A DNA stretch of 64,000 nucleotides from a virus: positions 77,697 to 141,696 of IMG/VR virus record IMGVR_UViG_3300025660_000003. One strand, given 5' to 3'. The position numbers and the translations under genes were made by a program. The notes below the pieces were generated by a model that searched no databases, was not told where the DNA came from, and saw only the letters and a list, made by a program, of their open reading frames with translations. Positions 1-9,900 of this stretch are shown piece after piece. The first letter of the stretch is position 1. Every line of letters begins with the position of its first letter.

Positions 1-1
1 C

Positions 2-3000
2 GGCACGAACGCGACGGTGAAGCGCACCGACATGATCTTCCTGGAGGTCTGGCGGGCGCTGGTGGCCCCCTCGCCCTTCGCCACAGGTGCGATCCAGGTC
101 AATGACAACGGGTCGGTGGCCCCAGGCGACTGGTTCCGCATCAATGGCATCTCCCTAACGGCGACGGCGGGTGTGCCTGCTCTCAACCAGTTCACCATCG
201 GGGCCACGGCCGACATCACAGCCGCGAACATCGCCGCCGCGCTCAACCTGGCCGCCAACTCGTTCGACACCATCCTCACGGCCAGAGCGACGACCAACGT
301 GGTCCTCCTGACTGCTGACCTGCCTGGTGCTGGCGATGTCATCAGCCAGACGGGCAACTTCATCACCTTGCTGGTCCTGGTGGCTACCCCGGGCTCGATG
401 GTCATTTCGGGAGCCACGCTGGTCGGTGGTGCTGACCGTCCGAACAAGCCGGAGAGCGAGCAGGACAAGATTTTCCGGCACGGCAACGTGCTGTCCCCGA
501 GTCCCGTGTGGCTCGATGACGAGCTGGTCGATCCCATCATCGCGGTCGAGAGCAGCCAGCGCATCCAGCTCCACTACCGCATCCGCACGACGAGCGATGC
601 GGAGGCCCTCAACTACAAGAAGCACCCGGACGGCTTCTCGAACCTCATCGCAGGTGGTGGCCCGAACGACGCGGCCATCTTCGCGCAGGGCAACCGCAGC
701 GTCCCGGTGTGGGCTGGCAACGGCGTGGACACCGTGTCCTACCCCTTCGTCCCCGCCGACAAGACGAAGACCTGGCTCCAGTCGTCCGCCGTGGCCTACG
801 GCTGGGAAGACGACGGCCTGTACGTCGCGGGCGACGGGTCGGCTACCGCAGCAGCGAACCTCGGAGCCCTCGACGGCTTCGTGTTCGCCATCCCCATCGC
901 CTTCGTCCACCGGCACAACAACGTCAGCGACATGCTGGCGGGCTTCAAGGGCTTCGACCCGGAGAGCAACGCCAACGGTGCCCCGAAGTACGGTCACACC
1001 GGCTACGTCGGCCCGCTGGGCAACATCCCGGCAGGTGACTCCGACCGCCCGGACGGCGAGTTCTGCAACGTCATCACGACCAACAACCTGCTGGACCTCC
1101 GCAGGCACGTCATCTTCCCCGGTGTGGATCTCGCGTCGGAGCTGAAGTATCAGGTCCAGAGCCTCATGGACGGCACCTTGCGGAGCTGGTCGGTGGACAC
1201 CGCCAGCAAGCAGACCCTCGGTGGTGACTCCGGGGATGTCTCGACCCGCTACCTCATCTGCAACGAGGTCGGCCGCACGGAGTCCGAAGGTGCGACGCCC
1301 CCTCTGGCGGGCGAGAACACGGAGCGGGGCGAGCTGATCCGCAGCTACGACCACATCTGCCGAAGGTTCGCTGACCAGCCGGTCATCGAGCGGGTGCTCA
1401 TCGCCTTCTGGCCGGGCGACCGCAATGGGGTCCCCGTGCTGCCCGGTACGGACAATCCCGGCAAGTACATCGTCAAGGACCCAGCAGACGCGGCCACCTG
1501 GTACGAGGGCGACGTGCTCAACCTCGATCTGGAGTTCCTGAACTCCACGACGCTCGGTGGTCTGTTCGACTCGCGGCCGGGTGCCGGGCTCAACGTGGGC
1601 TCCGGCACGGGCATCCCGGATCAGAACTTCCTCCAGTTCGCTCCGGCGGGCACGGTCATCACCGATGTCCTGAACGCCTGGCACGACGACGGCCACTACA
1701 ACCAGGTGACCAACCAGAACGTGCAGCTCGGCATCGTCAAGGGCCTGGGCACGACGCACCTCGAAGTCACCCTGGATGCCAACGACACGCTGACGACAGA
1801 GGGGCAGCCCATCGGTGTCGAGCACAAGATGGTCGGTTCCGGGGCGCTGGCCGGAGCTGAGACTTTCGGCTCTCCGAGGCGCATCTTCTTGGAGGTCGAG
1901 ATCACCTACCCCATCGGGGTGGGTACGACCGACACGCCCGACCACGAGATCACCCCGGACACCGATGTCTACACGGACAGCGTCCTGACGGTCACTGGCC
2001 CCGGTCCGCTCATCGAGAACGACGTGCTCCAGCGGCCTGCTGACTTCGAGAACCTCCTGGCAGCTCGCTACCGCAGCGGCTTCCGCGAGGTGCAGACGGA
2101 GTACGTGGCGAACGACACCATCAACATCGCGGCTCCCCTGGCAGGTACGGCCATCGGGGTCGCGACGGTCGAGCAGATCGTCTCGACCGACCGGAACACC
2201 CTCCGGTTCCCCCGCCGGGTCTACGGCGACAAGGTGGCAACGGGCCTGTACGTCAACGACGTGCCTGGTGGGGTCGTTCAGACGGTGAACCCGACCACCT
2301 CAGAGTTCGGCTCTTCCAGCCGCATCGTGGAGCTGGCCGGGGGCGGGGGCATTCCCCTCTCTGGGGTGGGCCACACGCTCTGCGACATCCGGTACTTCGC
2401 TCAGGACCCGATCCCGAACTACGGGGTCAACGGTGGCGGCTACCAGGTGGCCTACTACTTCCGATCGAACTCGCCCCAGACGGCGGGGACGAAGGAGGGC
2501 GACATCACCTCGACGGGCGACGGCACCTTGCCGACGAGCCTGCTGGTGGAAGCTCTGCTCGTCAGCCCGAGCATCTGGACCGGCCAGGTCGGGATGGGTG
2601 GTCACGAACTGGCCTTCCCTTACGAATCCCCCCTGGACCAGATCCCCATCAACGACGGGACGCTGGTTCCGGCGGGCTCGCAGCAGATCAGCGGGACGAC
2701 GGAGGAGTGGTACTTCGCAGCGACCGCAGAGGTGGCACTCGACCACTTCGATGCGGACACCGGGCTGCTCAACCTGCACGCCTTCGTCCAGATGGATGTC
2801 CAGGACGACTTGAGCTTCGGCGGGTCGGACAACGAGCACAAGCCTCGGAAGGACGCGGAGTTCCGGGCCTACTACCCGTTCGCGGACGACGAATCCTACC
2901 GGCCGACGCTCTTCGCGCAGCCGCTCTTCGGGGCGACGCGGCACAAGTCGTTCACCCCGTTCCTGGCGAGGGCCGTGGAAGACGTGCCCGGAGTCGCTGG

Positions 3001-3181
3001 TGGTCTGCTGTTCCGCAAGTCGGAGCTGCTGCTCATCGTGCTCTCCCGGTTCGCGGAGCTGGACGATGACAACAACGTGCGGTTCATCGACCCGCAGAGC
3101 AGCAACAGGACGCTGGCGGCGGTCTACCGCACCCGCAACCTTCTTCTGACCGTGGGAGATCGCACATGCCTCGGATCGTAA
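2..3181 (+). CDS. Large virion structural protein (baseplate/tail-associated), 5'-truncated; paralog of 13359..19043
   Basis: Frame open from the window edge. Shares ordered motifs with the 1894-aa protein (FLEVW, GNV, RxQxxYRIR, HPDGF, LGxxDGxxxAIPI, RPDG, LDLRR). G/T/D/N-rich composition. Confidence 0.7.
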   Translation, partial: GTNATVKRTDMIFLEVWRALVAPSPFATGAIQVNDNGSVAPGDWFRINGISLTATAGVPALNQFTIGATADITAANIAAALNLAANSFDTILTARATTNVVLLTADLPGAGDVISQTGNFITLLVLVATPGSMVISGATLVGGADRPNKPESEQDKIFRHGNVLSPSPVWLDDELVDPIIAVESSQRIQLHYRIRTTSDAEALNYKKHPDGFSNLIAGGGPNDAAIFAQGNRSVPVWAGNGVDTVSYPFVPADKTKTWLQSSAVAYGWEDDGLYVAGDGSATAAANLGALDGFVFAIPIAFVHRHNNVSDMLAGFKGFDPESNANGAPKYGHTGYVGPLGNIPAGDSDRPDGEFCNVITTNNLLDLRRHVIFPGVDLASELKYQVQSLMDGTLRSWSVDTASKQTLGGDSGDVSTRYLICNEVGRTESEGATPPLAGENTERGELIRSYDHICRRFADQPVIERVLIAFWPGDRNGVPVLPGTDNPGKYIVKDPADAATWYEGDVLNLDLEFLNSTTLGGLFDSRPGAGLNVGSGTGIPDQNFLQFAPAGTVITDVLNAWHDDGHYNQVTNQNVQLGIVKGLGTTHLEVTLDANDTLTTEGQPIGVEHKMVGSGALAGAETFGSPRRIFLEVEITYPIGVGTTDTPDHEITPDTDVYTDSVLTVTGPGPLIENDVLQRPADFENLLAARYRSGFREVQTEYVANDTINIAAPLAGTAIGVATVEQIVSTDRNTLRFPRRVYGDKVATGLYVNDVPGGVVQTVNPTTSEFGSSSRIVELAGGGGIPLSGVGHTLCDIRYFAQDPIPNYGVNGGGYQVAYYFRSNSPQTAGTKEGDITSTGDGTLPTSLLVEALLVSPSIWTGQVGMGGHELAFPYESPLDQIPINDGTLVPAGSQQISGTTEEWYFAATAEVALDHFDADTGLLNLHAFVQMDVQDDLSFGGSDNEHKPRKDAEFRAYYPFADDESYRPTLFAQPLFGATRHKSFTPFLARAVEDVPGVAGGLLFRKSELLLIVLSRFAELDDDNNVRFIDPQSSNRTLAAVYRTRNLLLTVGDRTCLGS

Positions 3182-6100
3182 ATCCCGGCACCCTGACGAC
3201 AGGGCACGGCAAGGCGGCTCCTGACGAGATCGCCAAGCGCCCAGAGCTGACCGGGGTGGCTGGCCCTGTGCCGAACATCGGGGAGATCGAACAGACGATC
3301 CCCTCGCTGCCTGGCCAGCTCGCCGTCCAGTCGGTCATCGCCCACATCGACGACCCCAAGGAGGCCCACACCGCCTCTGCCATCGAGCACGACGGTCACC
3401 CGGACATCCTGTGGTCCAGCAACGTCGAGGGAGCCCTGGACGAGCTGATCGGCACGGTGCTGAAGCGTCCGCCCATGCTCGGCGAGTGGTCGCCGGACAC
3501 GACCTTCTCGGGCATCGCGGACTGGGGCTTCCTCAAGCTCCGTGATGGTGGTCTGGAGAACTACACGGGCTCTGGCCTCACGTTCACCGACGCCACGGTG
3601 CAGAACGACGCGAACGTCTACCCCTACTTGCAGACCTTGACGGGACCGCCACGGGACACTGAGTTCGCCGTCCCGATGACCGACCCCCGGACCGACCACC
3701 TGTTCAACTGGGGCATGGAGTCGCTCGGTGAGCCCGGCATGGGCTACGGCCGGACTCACATCGGGGCCTACACCCGGACCGGCCACATCGCCGTCCCGAA
3801 TGCGGCCATCTTCCGCACTGCACGGCTCATTGCCCGTCCGGCAGCGGAGGCTGCGGGCACGGGACGCAACGAGCGTGTTCCGGTGACCATCTCCGGCACC
3901 ATCTTCCCGGCAGACCGGGGGGTGCTGGCCCTCATCCACTTCGTCGTGCCTCGCGGCGAAGACCCATCGGACGTGCCGATCTCGTTCCTGGCACAGCCGC
4001 TCGTCACCGATGAGACCAATTTCATGGCCACTCAGGGACGGGTGGTCGCGGCCATCCTCCTGGGCAACGGCATCATCGGCGACAAGTGCCAGGGGGTAGA
4101 CCCCTGTGACGATGCCCACCTCTGCGACGGCGACCCCGGCGGCATCTTCGGCCCCGGTGTGGATGCGAGTGGCAACTACGACCCCTTCCAGTTCCCCGGC
4201 AGGGCGAGCGGCCAGTACGACCTGCTGGAGCTGCACCTGGGCGTCAACTCCGATGGCGACGCCCTCAAGACTCCGTGGGACGACCTCGACGGTGACACGG
4301 TGGCAGGAGCGCAGCGGACGCCCACGGCGGTCATCCCGGCTCCCGGCCAGGTCCGCCTCGGCACCGACCCCGACGCAGCTCCCCTGCTCGCGGTGGTCCC
4401 GAACGGCATCCCCATCCTCGGTGGCACGGTGGACTGTTTCACGGTCCCGCCCATCGCACAGGTGGGCAGCCTGACCCTCCCGATCCACGGGGATGCCATC
4501 GTCCGATCCTCGAACTTCTTCCGCTACCGCCTGCCGGTACTGAAGGACTACTCGCCTGCGACCGGGTTGAAGTGGACTCCCAGAGGCGAACTTCCGACAT
4601 CCACCTTCGAGACGAGCAGGTTCTTCGACGTGGCGGCCCCCTCGTCAGCCACCTACGAGGACGGCACGGTTGTAGGCGCGAGCCTGCGGTCGGCAGGGGT
4701 CTACGACGACTTCGACGAGGACTACTGGGTCTGGCAGATCGCCCGCTACCGGCAGACGTTCCTGATGCCATCCCTCGCGCTCAAAGACACACGCGAAGAG
4801 GCGGGCACCTACATGCTCGTCCACTTCAAGCGGGAGACCGACTTCGAGTCCTTCGTGCGTGACGCCAGCTTCCCGTGGGACACACCGGCCCCCTACGAGG
4901 TCTACGGAGCGTCCATCGTGGATCGCCCAGAGTCGGTGGACAACCTGGCGAACGACTGGCCCGCAGCGACGGTCCCGGTGGCCCCGGACGGTCCGGCTCC
5001 GGCCTACGGCTACGCCGCGAACCCGTGGCACAACATCCGCAACCGCATCTACCTGGACCCCCTGGGCGCGGCCGTCCCAGCCCCAACCTCATCGGCCCTC
5101 ACGTGGACATCCGCATCAGCTCCGGGTGGGGCGACGGAAGAGGTCATCTGGGTGTCGGGCATCGCCTACTTCACCCCCCGTGACATCGCGACCGGGGCGT
5201 CCAGCGTCACGCTCACCGCCTGCGACATCGACCTGCCAGCGGGCTTCTGGACTTCGTACCGCACGGACTACGCCGACCTGGAGACATGGCCGACCACCGG
5301 CCCGGCTGTCGTGGCTTCGCAGAACCCGGCGATGGTGGCACTCGCTCAGTGGGGCTACGGCCCCGCTCCCGGTGGCCTGCCGCTGAGTTCCCTGACCGTC
5401 CCGGTGGGCGTTTCCCCCGGCGGCTTCATCCCGGCGACGACGTACCAGGAGCAGTTCCGAATCGAAATCCCGTTCACGCACTTGGGCACCGCTGGCGCTG
5501 GCCCGTTCAGCGACATCAATGCACCGCTGGAGATCGACCCGGCATTCTTCACCCTCACCGGAACCATCGTCCTGCTGGGCGATGACACGGACCCGTCCTT
5601 CTCCAGCAACGCGGTCGCGCGGGTTCACTTCCGCCGCCCGCTCAACCACACAGCCGTCGCCTCTGTGAACCTGCCGTACACGGCGGTAGACGGTCACGGG
5701 CAGCTCTTGACCCACACGACCCCCGGCCCGGTGCTGCTGCACACGACCCGGTGGTCCGCTGCGACCCTGGTGGGCGACTACGGCAACTTCCTGGTAGGCG
5801 GCCTAGGTGCGGTGGGGTTCAACACGGCCGCCAAGGACTACACAGAGAGGTTCCTGGACGAGGGCCACCGCTACGTCGCCCTTGCTCCAGGGGGCCTCAT
5901 CGGTCACGGCCCCTACACCGCAGCCACCCTCGTAGCTCTCGACGGCCCCGGCATGGGCGGCTGGGCCGGTGGCCCGGTGGAGACCCCGGTGCGGATCTCG
6001 CTGGCAGCAGCAGTAGATCAGTGGGATGCCTCATCGTGGCTGCTGCAAGGACACAACCTCCTCGACCTGTCCGGTCCGACCCCGAGCCACGACGCTCTCC

Positions 6101-6870
6101 AGGTGGCCGGGCTGCCTGACCGGAACCCGCAGATCAAGGACGTGAACACCGTCCCGTTCCCCTCGGCAGGGGTGCTCATCTACCCCCGGACCGACTACTT
6201 CGGGGACGGCTACTTCCCGGACAACACCTTCATCACGGCCAACCAGTTCGACTACAGCGCGGCGGCAGGGCAGCGCAGCTACATCCGCTGCTTCGATGCG
6301 GCCTTCTCCAACCACGCGACCCCTGTGGCCGTGGCAGGGAAGTCGGATCTGGTCATCCGCCTCGATGGCATCACCCTTGCCGACATCACCTACGCGGCTC
6401 CTGGCCCCGGTGGTCTGGCCGTCAACCGCCCCGCCGTGGCCATCAAGGTGCCCGGCCTGACGACGTGGATGGACGCAGGGCGACAGGATGGTGCTGGCCC
6501 GAGCAAACAGGACAACCTGCTGGACGGTGCTGGTTGCCTGGTGTTCGGGAGCGAGACCTACACGTTCACCGACCCGGTGACGGGCTACAAGGGCTGCTAC
6601 CTCAAGATCAACGTCGGCCCGGTGGCAGGCTTGTTCATCAACCCGGCCCTGTGGTCGAGCTACACCGTGGGTTCGCCTCTGGGCGAGGCTCCGGTGCTCG
6701 TCAAGGTGTCGATGGATGCCGGGGCGCTGTCCTACAACTTGGAGCACCGGGCCACTGGCGTCGGTACCTTCGAGGCCGGTGTGCGGCCCGGCGGCGAATC
6801 CGACCAGGTACGAGGTCTGTTCACCATGCGGCTGGTCCACCCCACCGACACCCTGATCGCGTCCGACTGA
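3166..6870 (+). CDS. Large virion structural protein (1234 aa)
   Basis: Long GC3-rich ORF in the structural operon. HIDDPKEAHTASAI...NVEGALDEL motif resembles tail/fibre proteins. Confidence 0.6.
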   Translation: MPRIVNPGTLTTGHGKAAPDEIAKRPELTGVAGPVPNIGEIEQTIPSLPGQLAVQSVIAHIDDPKEAHTASAIEHDGHPDILWSSNVEGALDELIGTVLKRPPMLGEWSPDTTFSGIADWGFLKLRDGGLENYTGSGLTFTDATVQNDANVYPYLQTLTGPPRDTEFAVPMTDPRTDHLFNWGMESLGEPGMGYGRTHIGAYTRTGHIAVPNAAIFRTARLIARPAAEAAGTGRNERVPVTISGTIFPADRGVLALIHFVVPRGEDPSDVPISFLAQPLVTDETNFMATQGRVVAAILLGNGIIGDKCQGVDPCDDAHLCDGDPGGIFGPGVDASGNYDPFQFPGRASGQYDLLELHLGVNSDGDALKTPWDDLDGDTVAGAQRTPTAVIPAPGQVRLGTDPDAAPLLAVVPNGIPILGGTVDCFTVPPIAQVGSLTLPIHGDAIVRSSNFFRYRLPVLKDYSPATGLKWTPRGELPTSTFETSRFFDVAAPSSATYEDGTVVGASLRSAGVYDDFDEDYWVWQIARYRQTFLMPSLALKDTREEAGTYMLVHFKRETDFESFVRDASFPWDTPAPYEVYGASIVDRPESVDNLANDWPAATVPVAPDGPAPAYGYAANPWHNIRNRIYLDPLGAAVPAPTSSALTWTSASAPGGATEEVIWVSGIAYFTPRDIATGASSVTLTACDIDLPAGFWTSYRTDYADLETWPTTGPAVVASQNPAMVALAQWGYGPAPGGLPLSSLTVPVGVSPGGFIPATTYQEQFRIEIPFTHLGTAGAGPFSDINAPLEIDPAFFTLTGTIVLLGDDTDPSFSSNAVARVHFRRPLNHTAVASVNLPYTAVDGHGQLLTHTTPGPVLLHTTRWSAATLVGDYGNFLVGGLGAVGFNTAAKDYTERFLDEGHRYVALAPGGLIGHGPYTAATLVALDGPGMGGWAGGPVETPVRISLAAAVDQWDASSWLLQGHNLLDLSGPTPSHDALQVAGLPDRNPQIKDVNTVPFPSAGVLIYPRTDYFGDGYFPDNTFITANQFDYSAAAGQRSYIRCFDAAFSNHATPVAVAGKSDLVIRLDGITLADITYAAPGPGGLAVNRPAVAIKVPGLTTWMDAGRQDGAGPSKQDNLLDGAGCLVFGSETYTFTDPVTGYKGCYLKINVGPVAGLFINPALWSSYTVGSPLGEAPVLVKVSMDAGALSYNLEHRATGVGTFEAGVRPGGESDQVRGLFTMRLVHPTDTLIASD

Positions 6871-6872
6871 TG

Positions 6873-6903
6873 CGGTGGGGAGCCTATAGCCACGCAGAGG
6901 CAG
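6873..6903 (+). promoter_or_regulatory. Class-L (putative late) promoter motif CGGT-N6-CCTAT-N11-GGCAG
   Basis: Same spacing at 25135, 54621, 55481 and 59940, each between or at the ends of genes. Confidence 0.6.
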
Positions 6904-6918
6904 ACGGAGTGAAGTCTG

Positions 6919-9900
6919 ATGGCTGATTACCCACTGACGAAGCTGGACAAGGCGCTCGCACGTCGAGCAGCCACGTCATCGTCGAGGACTGCCTGGCAAG
7001 AGCTGATGGAGCGGTACGACACCGTGCCGTCATCCAAGTCGATTCAGGCTCCTGATGCCATCACGGGCTTCAGCGGCTCGTGGGCGGCCAGCTACGACCT
7101 GGGCGGGGCGCTGCGGGACATGGCGATGGGCGAGAGCCCCGCGCAGATCCAGCGACGCACGAACTTGCTGGGCCAGCCCGGCATGGCCGAGATCAACTTC
7201 CGCCCCTACGACCACGGCACCAACCGGCACGGCAAGTACGGCCCCTCCCTCCTGGGCCACCCCATCTCCTTCCAGGTGGTCGGCCCGACCGCCAAGACTC
7301 GCGGCCTGGTCCACCAGTGGTGGATCTCCGAGGCGGGTGGCATCGACACGTTGAACCTCGACGTGAGTGCAGACATCAACTCGAACGGGGGCTCCCCCAG
7401 CACCCTTCCGGCGGGTGCGGACACCATCAATGAGATCTACGGCACCGGGAAGATCCCGGATGAGGGGCTCTACCTCGTCGTCTCGATGACGGGTGCTGAG
7501 GGCGTCGTCACCGACAACGCCGATGGCTTCGGTGGTACGGACGGCGGACTCGGTGATGGGTTCATCGGTACGAACCCAGGCGTACCCGGCGGGATGGCCG
7601 CTCGTCTGGCGGTCGTCCCCCGCACGGAGTCGGCGAAGTACGAGATCTTCCGCGTCACGGCAATGACGGCGACGACCCTGGTGCTCGACAACGCCAAGCG
7701 GCTGTCCACCTACTTCGACTACAACATCGGAGCGAACGCCCCGGTCATCCGGGCCATCACCCTCATCCGGCCCGCAGCGACTCGGCTGGTGGCGGTCCCC
7801 GGCTCCGGCAGCAAGCAGGGCAGCGAGCAGACATTCGCCTTCGTGCCCCCGGCGACGGCCCTCAACGCGGACTGGCAGCCGGTCTACTCAGAGATCACTG
7901 TCGCGGGCCTCGTTGACCCGTGGACCAGCGGCAAGAGCATGACCGCGAACCCCGCGTGGGGCTTTGCGGCAGATGCCAAGGACTACGACCAGGCGGTCGC
8001 ACTCCCGATCCCGGCCCCCGTCAACCGAGGCTCTGGACGGCTCCAGGGCATCAATGGGGAGACGCCACAGCAGCTCCCGCTCGGCCGATTCCGCCTCATC
8101 CTGGATGCGGCGAGCTACTTCGGCAGCACGCTCGATCTCGGCAAGATCATCCGCATCAACGACATCCGGCGGGTGCTGGGCGGCAACTGGGAGACCTTCG
8201 ACTCCGCTCCGGCGACTCATCGAGGCCACCCCCTCCTGGATCGGATGCTTGGGTACTTCGAGATCTACAACACAGGCAACGGCGATCAGGGCGTCGGGGC
8301 GAACAACTTCTACGACCTGAAGTTCGTCACACAGGTTGACCCCGACACGGGCGTCCCCTTCCTTGGTGGTGCCTCGACCTTCGTGATGGCGACGGGCAGC
8401 GGGGCCGGGGAAGAGGTCCGGTTCCAGTGGACGGTGCATGAGCCCATTTCGACTCTGTGGACTGGCACCTACCTGCACCCGACGCGGCTCGACTCGGCCC
8501 GGCTGAAGAACCTCATCGACCCCCGGTGGGTCAAGCCGACCTTGAAGGGCCGGGAACTCGACGACATGGCCGGTCACACGGCGTTGCCGGACCGGGCCAT
8601 CTTCGACACGAGTTCGAGCAACGACGGTGCTGCGGGCAGCAACGCGAATCCGGGCAACCTGATGGACCTCGGTTTCCGGGTGGTCCTGTTCCCCGGCAAG
8701 CTCAGCGATGCTCCCGGCAACGACGTGATCCCGGACTTCGACAACCCCATCGACGCGAACGAGGTCATCCTCGACCCGACGAAGCTGGATGAGAACCAGT
8801 TCATCGAGGTGGACTACTCCGCAGGGCTCGTCCACCTGTCCCACCCGCCTGTGGTGGGCAGCCAGCTCGTCCCGGTCGCAGGAATCCTGACGGCGGACAA
8901 CAACCCCCGTGGCGAGGCAGTGTTCTTCGCGGCCTGTGTCCCCTTCAGCCGCGAGCCCGGCCAGATGGGCGTGAACCCCCGCCTGACGGCGGGCCGGAGC
9001 CTTGACCGTGCGGGGAGCTTCTGCGGGCTGGACAGCCCGGAGCCCGTGGATGTCTACGGTGGCCGCATCTTCTGGCCGGGAGACACCGATCCCACACTCC
9101 CCAGTGGTCCCCAGGGCAAGATCCTGCTGAACGCGGAGCTGTCGCCCATCGACCTGCCCCTGACGGGCTTCGTGGACGTGCTGATCGGGGATCTCAACCC
9201 GGCGGGCGACCCCCTCTTCTCCAACAACGCAGAGGAACGGCTCTGCACCTTCGGCTACAGCACCGTCAACTACGCCGACGCGGGCCACGGTTTGCGGACG
9301 ACCCTGGAGGGGACGTTCGGCGGTGCCGACCCCACGGCGACCTATGCGGTCGTTCCGGGCATCACCCCGGTCACGGTGGTGCTCCGCAAGAACATCGTCA
9401 TCCCGAACACCCCGGACGGGCGTGCTGGGACCGACTACCAGTTCGACACGACCTACGGTCACGCCAAGCGGCCAGCGGCCCTGCGCTTCACGCATGGGGG
9501 CCTGACCCCTGAGCACGACGGCACGGTCAGCATCTCGACGAAGGACCCCCGCACGGACGCCCATGAGGCGCTGTTCAGCGAGCTGTTCTCGTCATGGTGC
9601 ATCAGCGGCGGCATCAACACGACGGGCTTGCCTATCGGCGGCGACACGCTGCACTTCAGCTCTGCGGTCGTGCTCATCCAGGGCATCCGTACCGTCATGC
9701 CCGAGCAGGATGTGACTCTCGCGGTGGCCCCGAACTCGCGGTACGTCTACATCGACGGCAGCACCCCGGCCTGCCCGGTCTGGGCCAGCACGGACTTCTT
9801 GCCCCTGCCCACCGACAACGACGTACTCATGGCGTCGTACACGCACGCAGGCGGGGGCATCCAGACGCTCATCGACCTTCGCGACCCGCTCGTGGACATC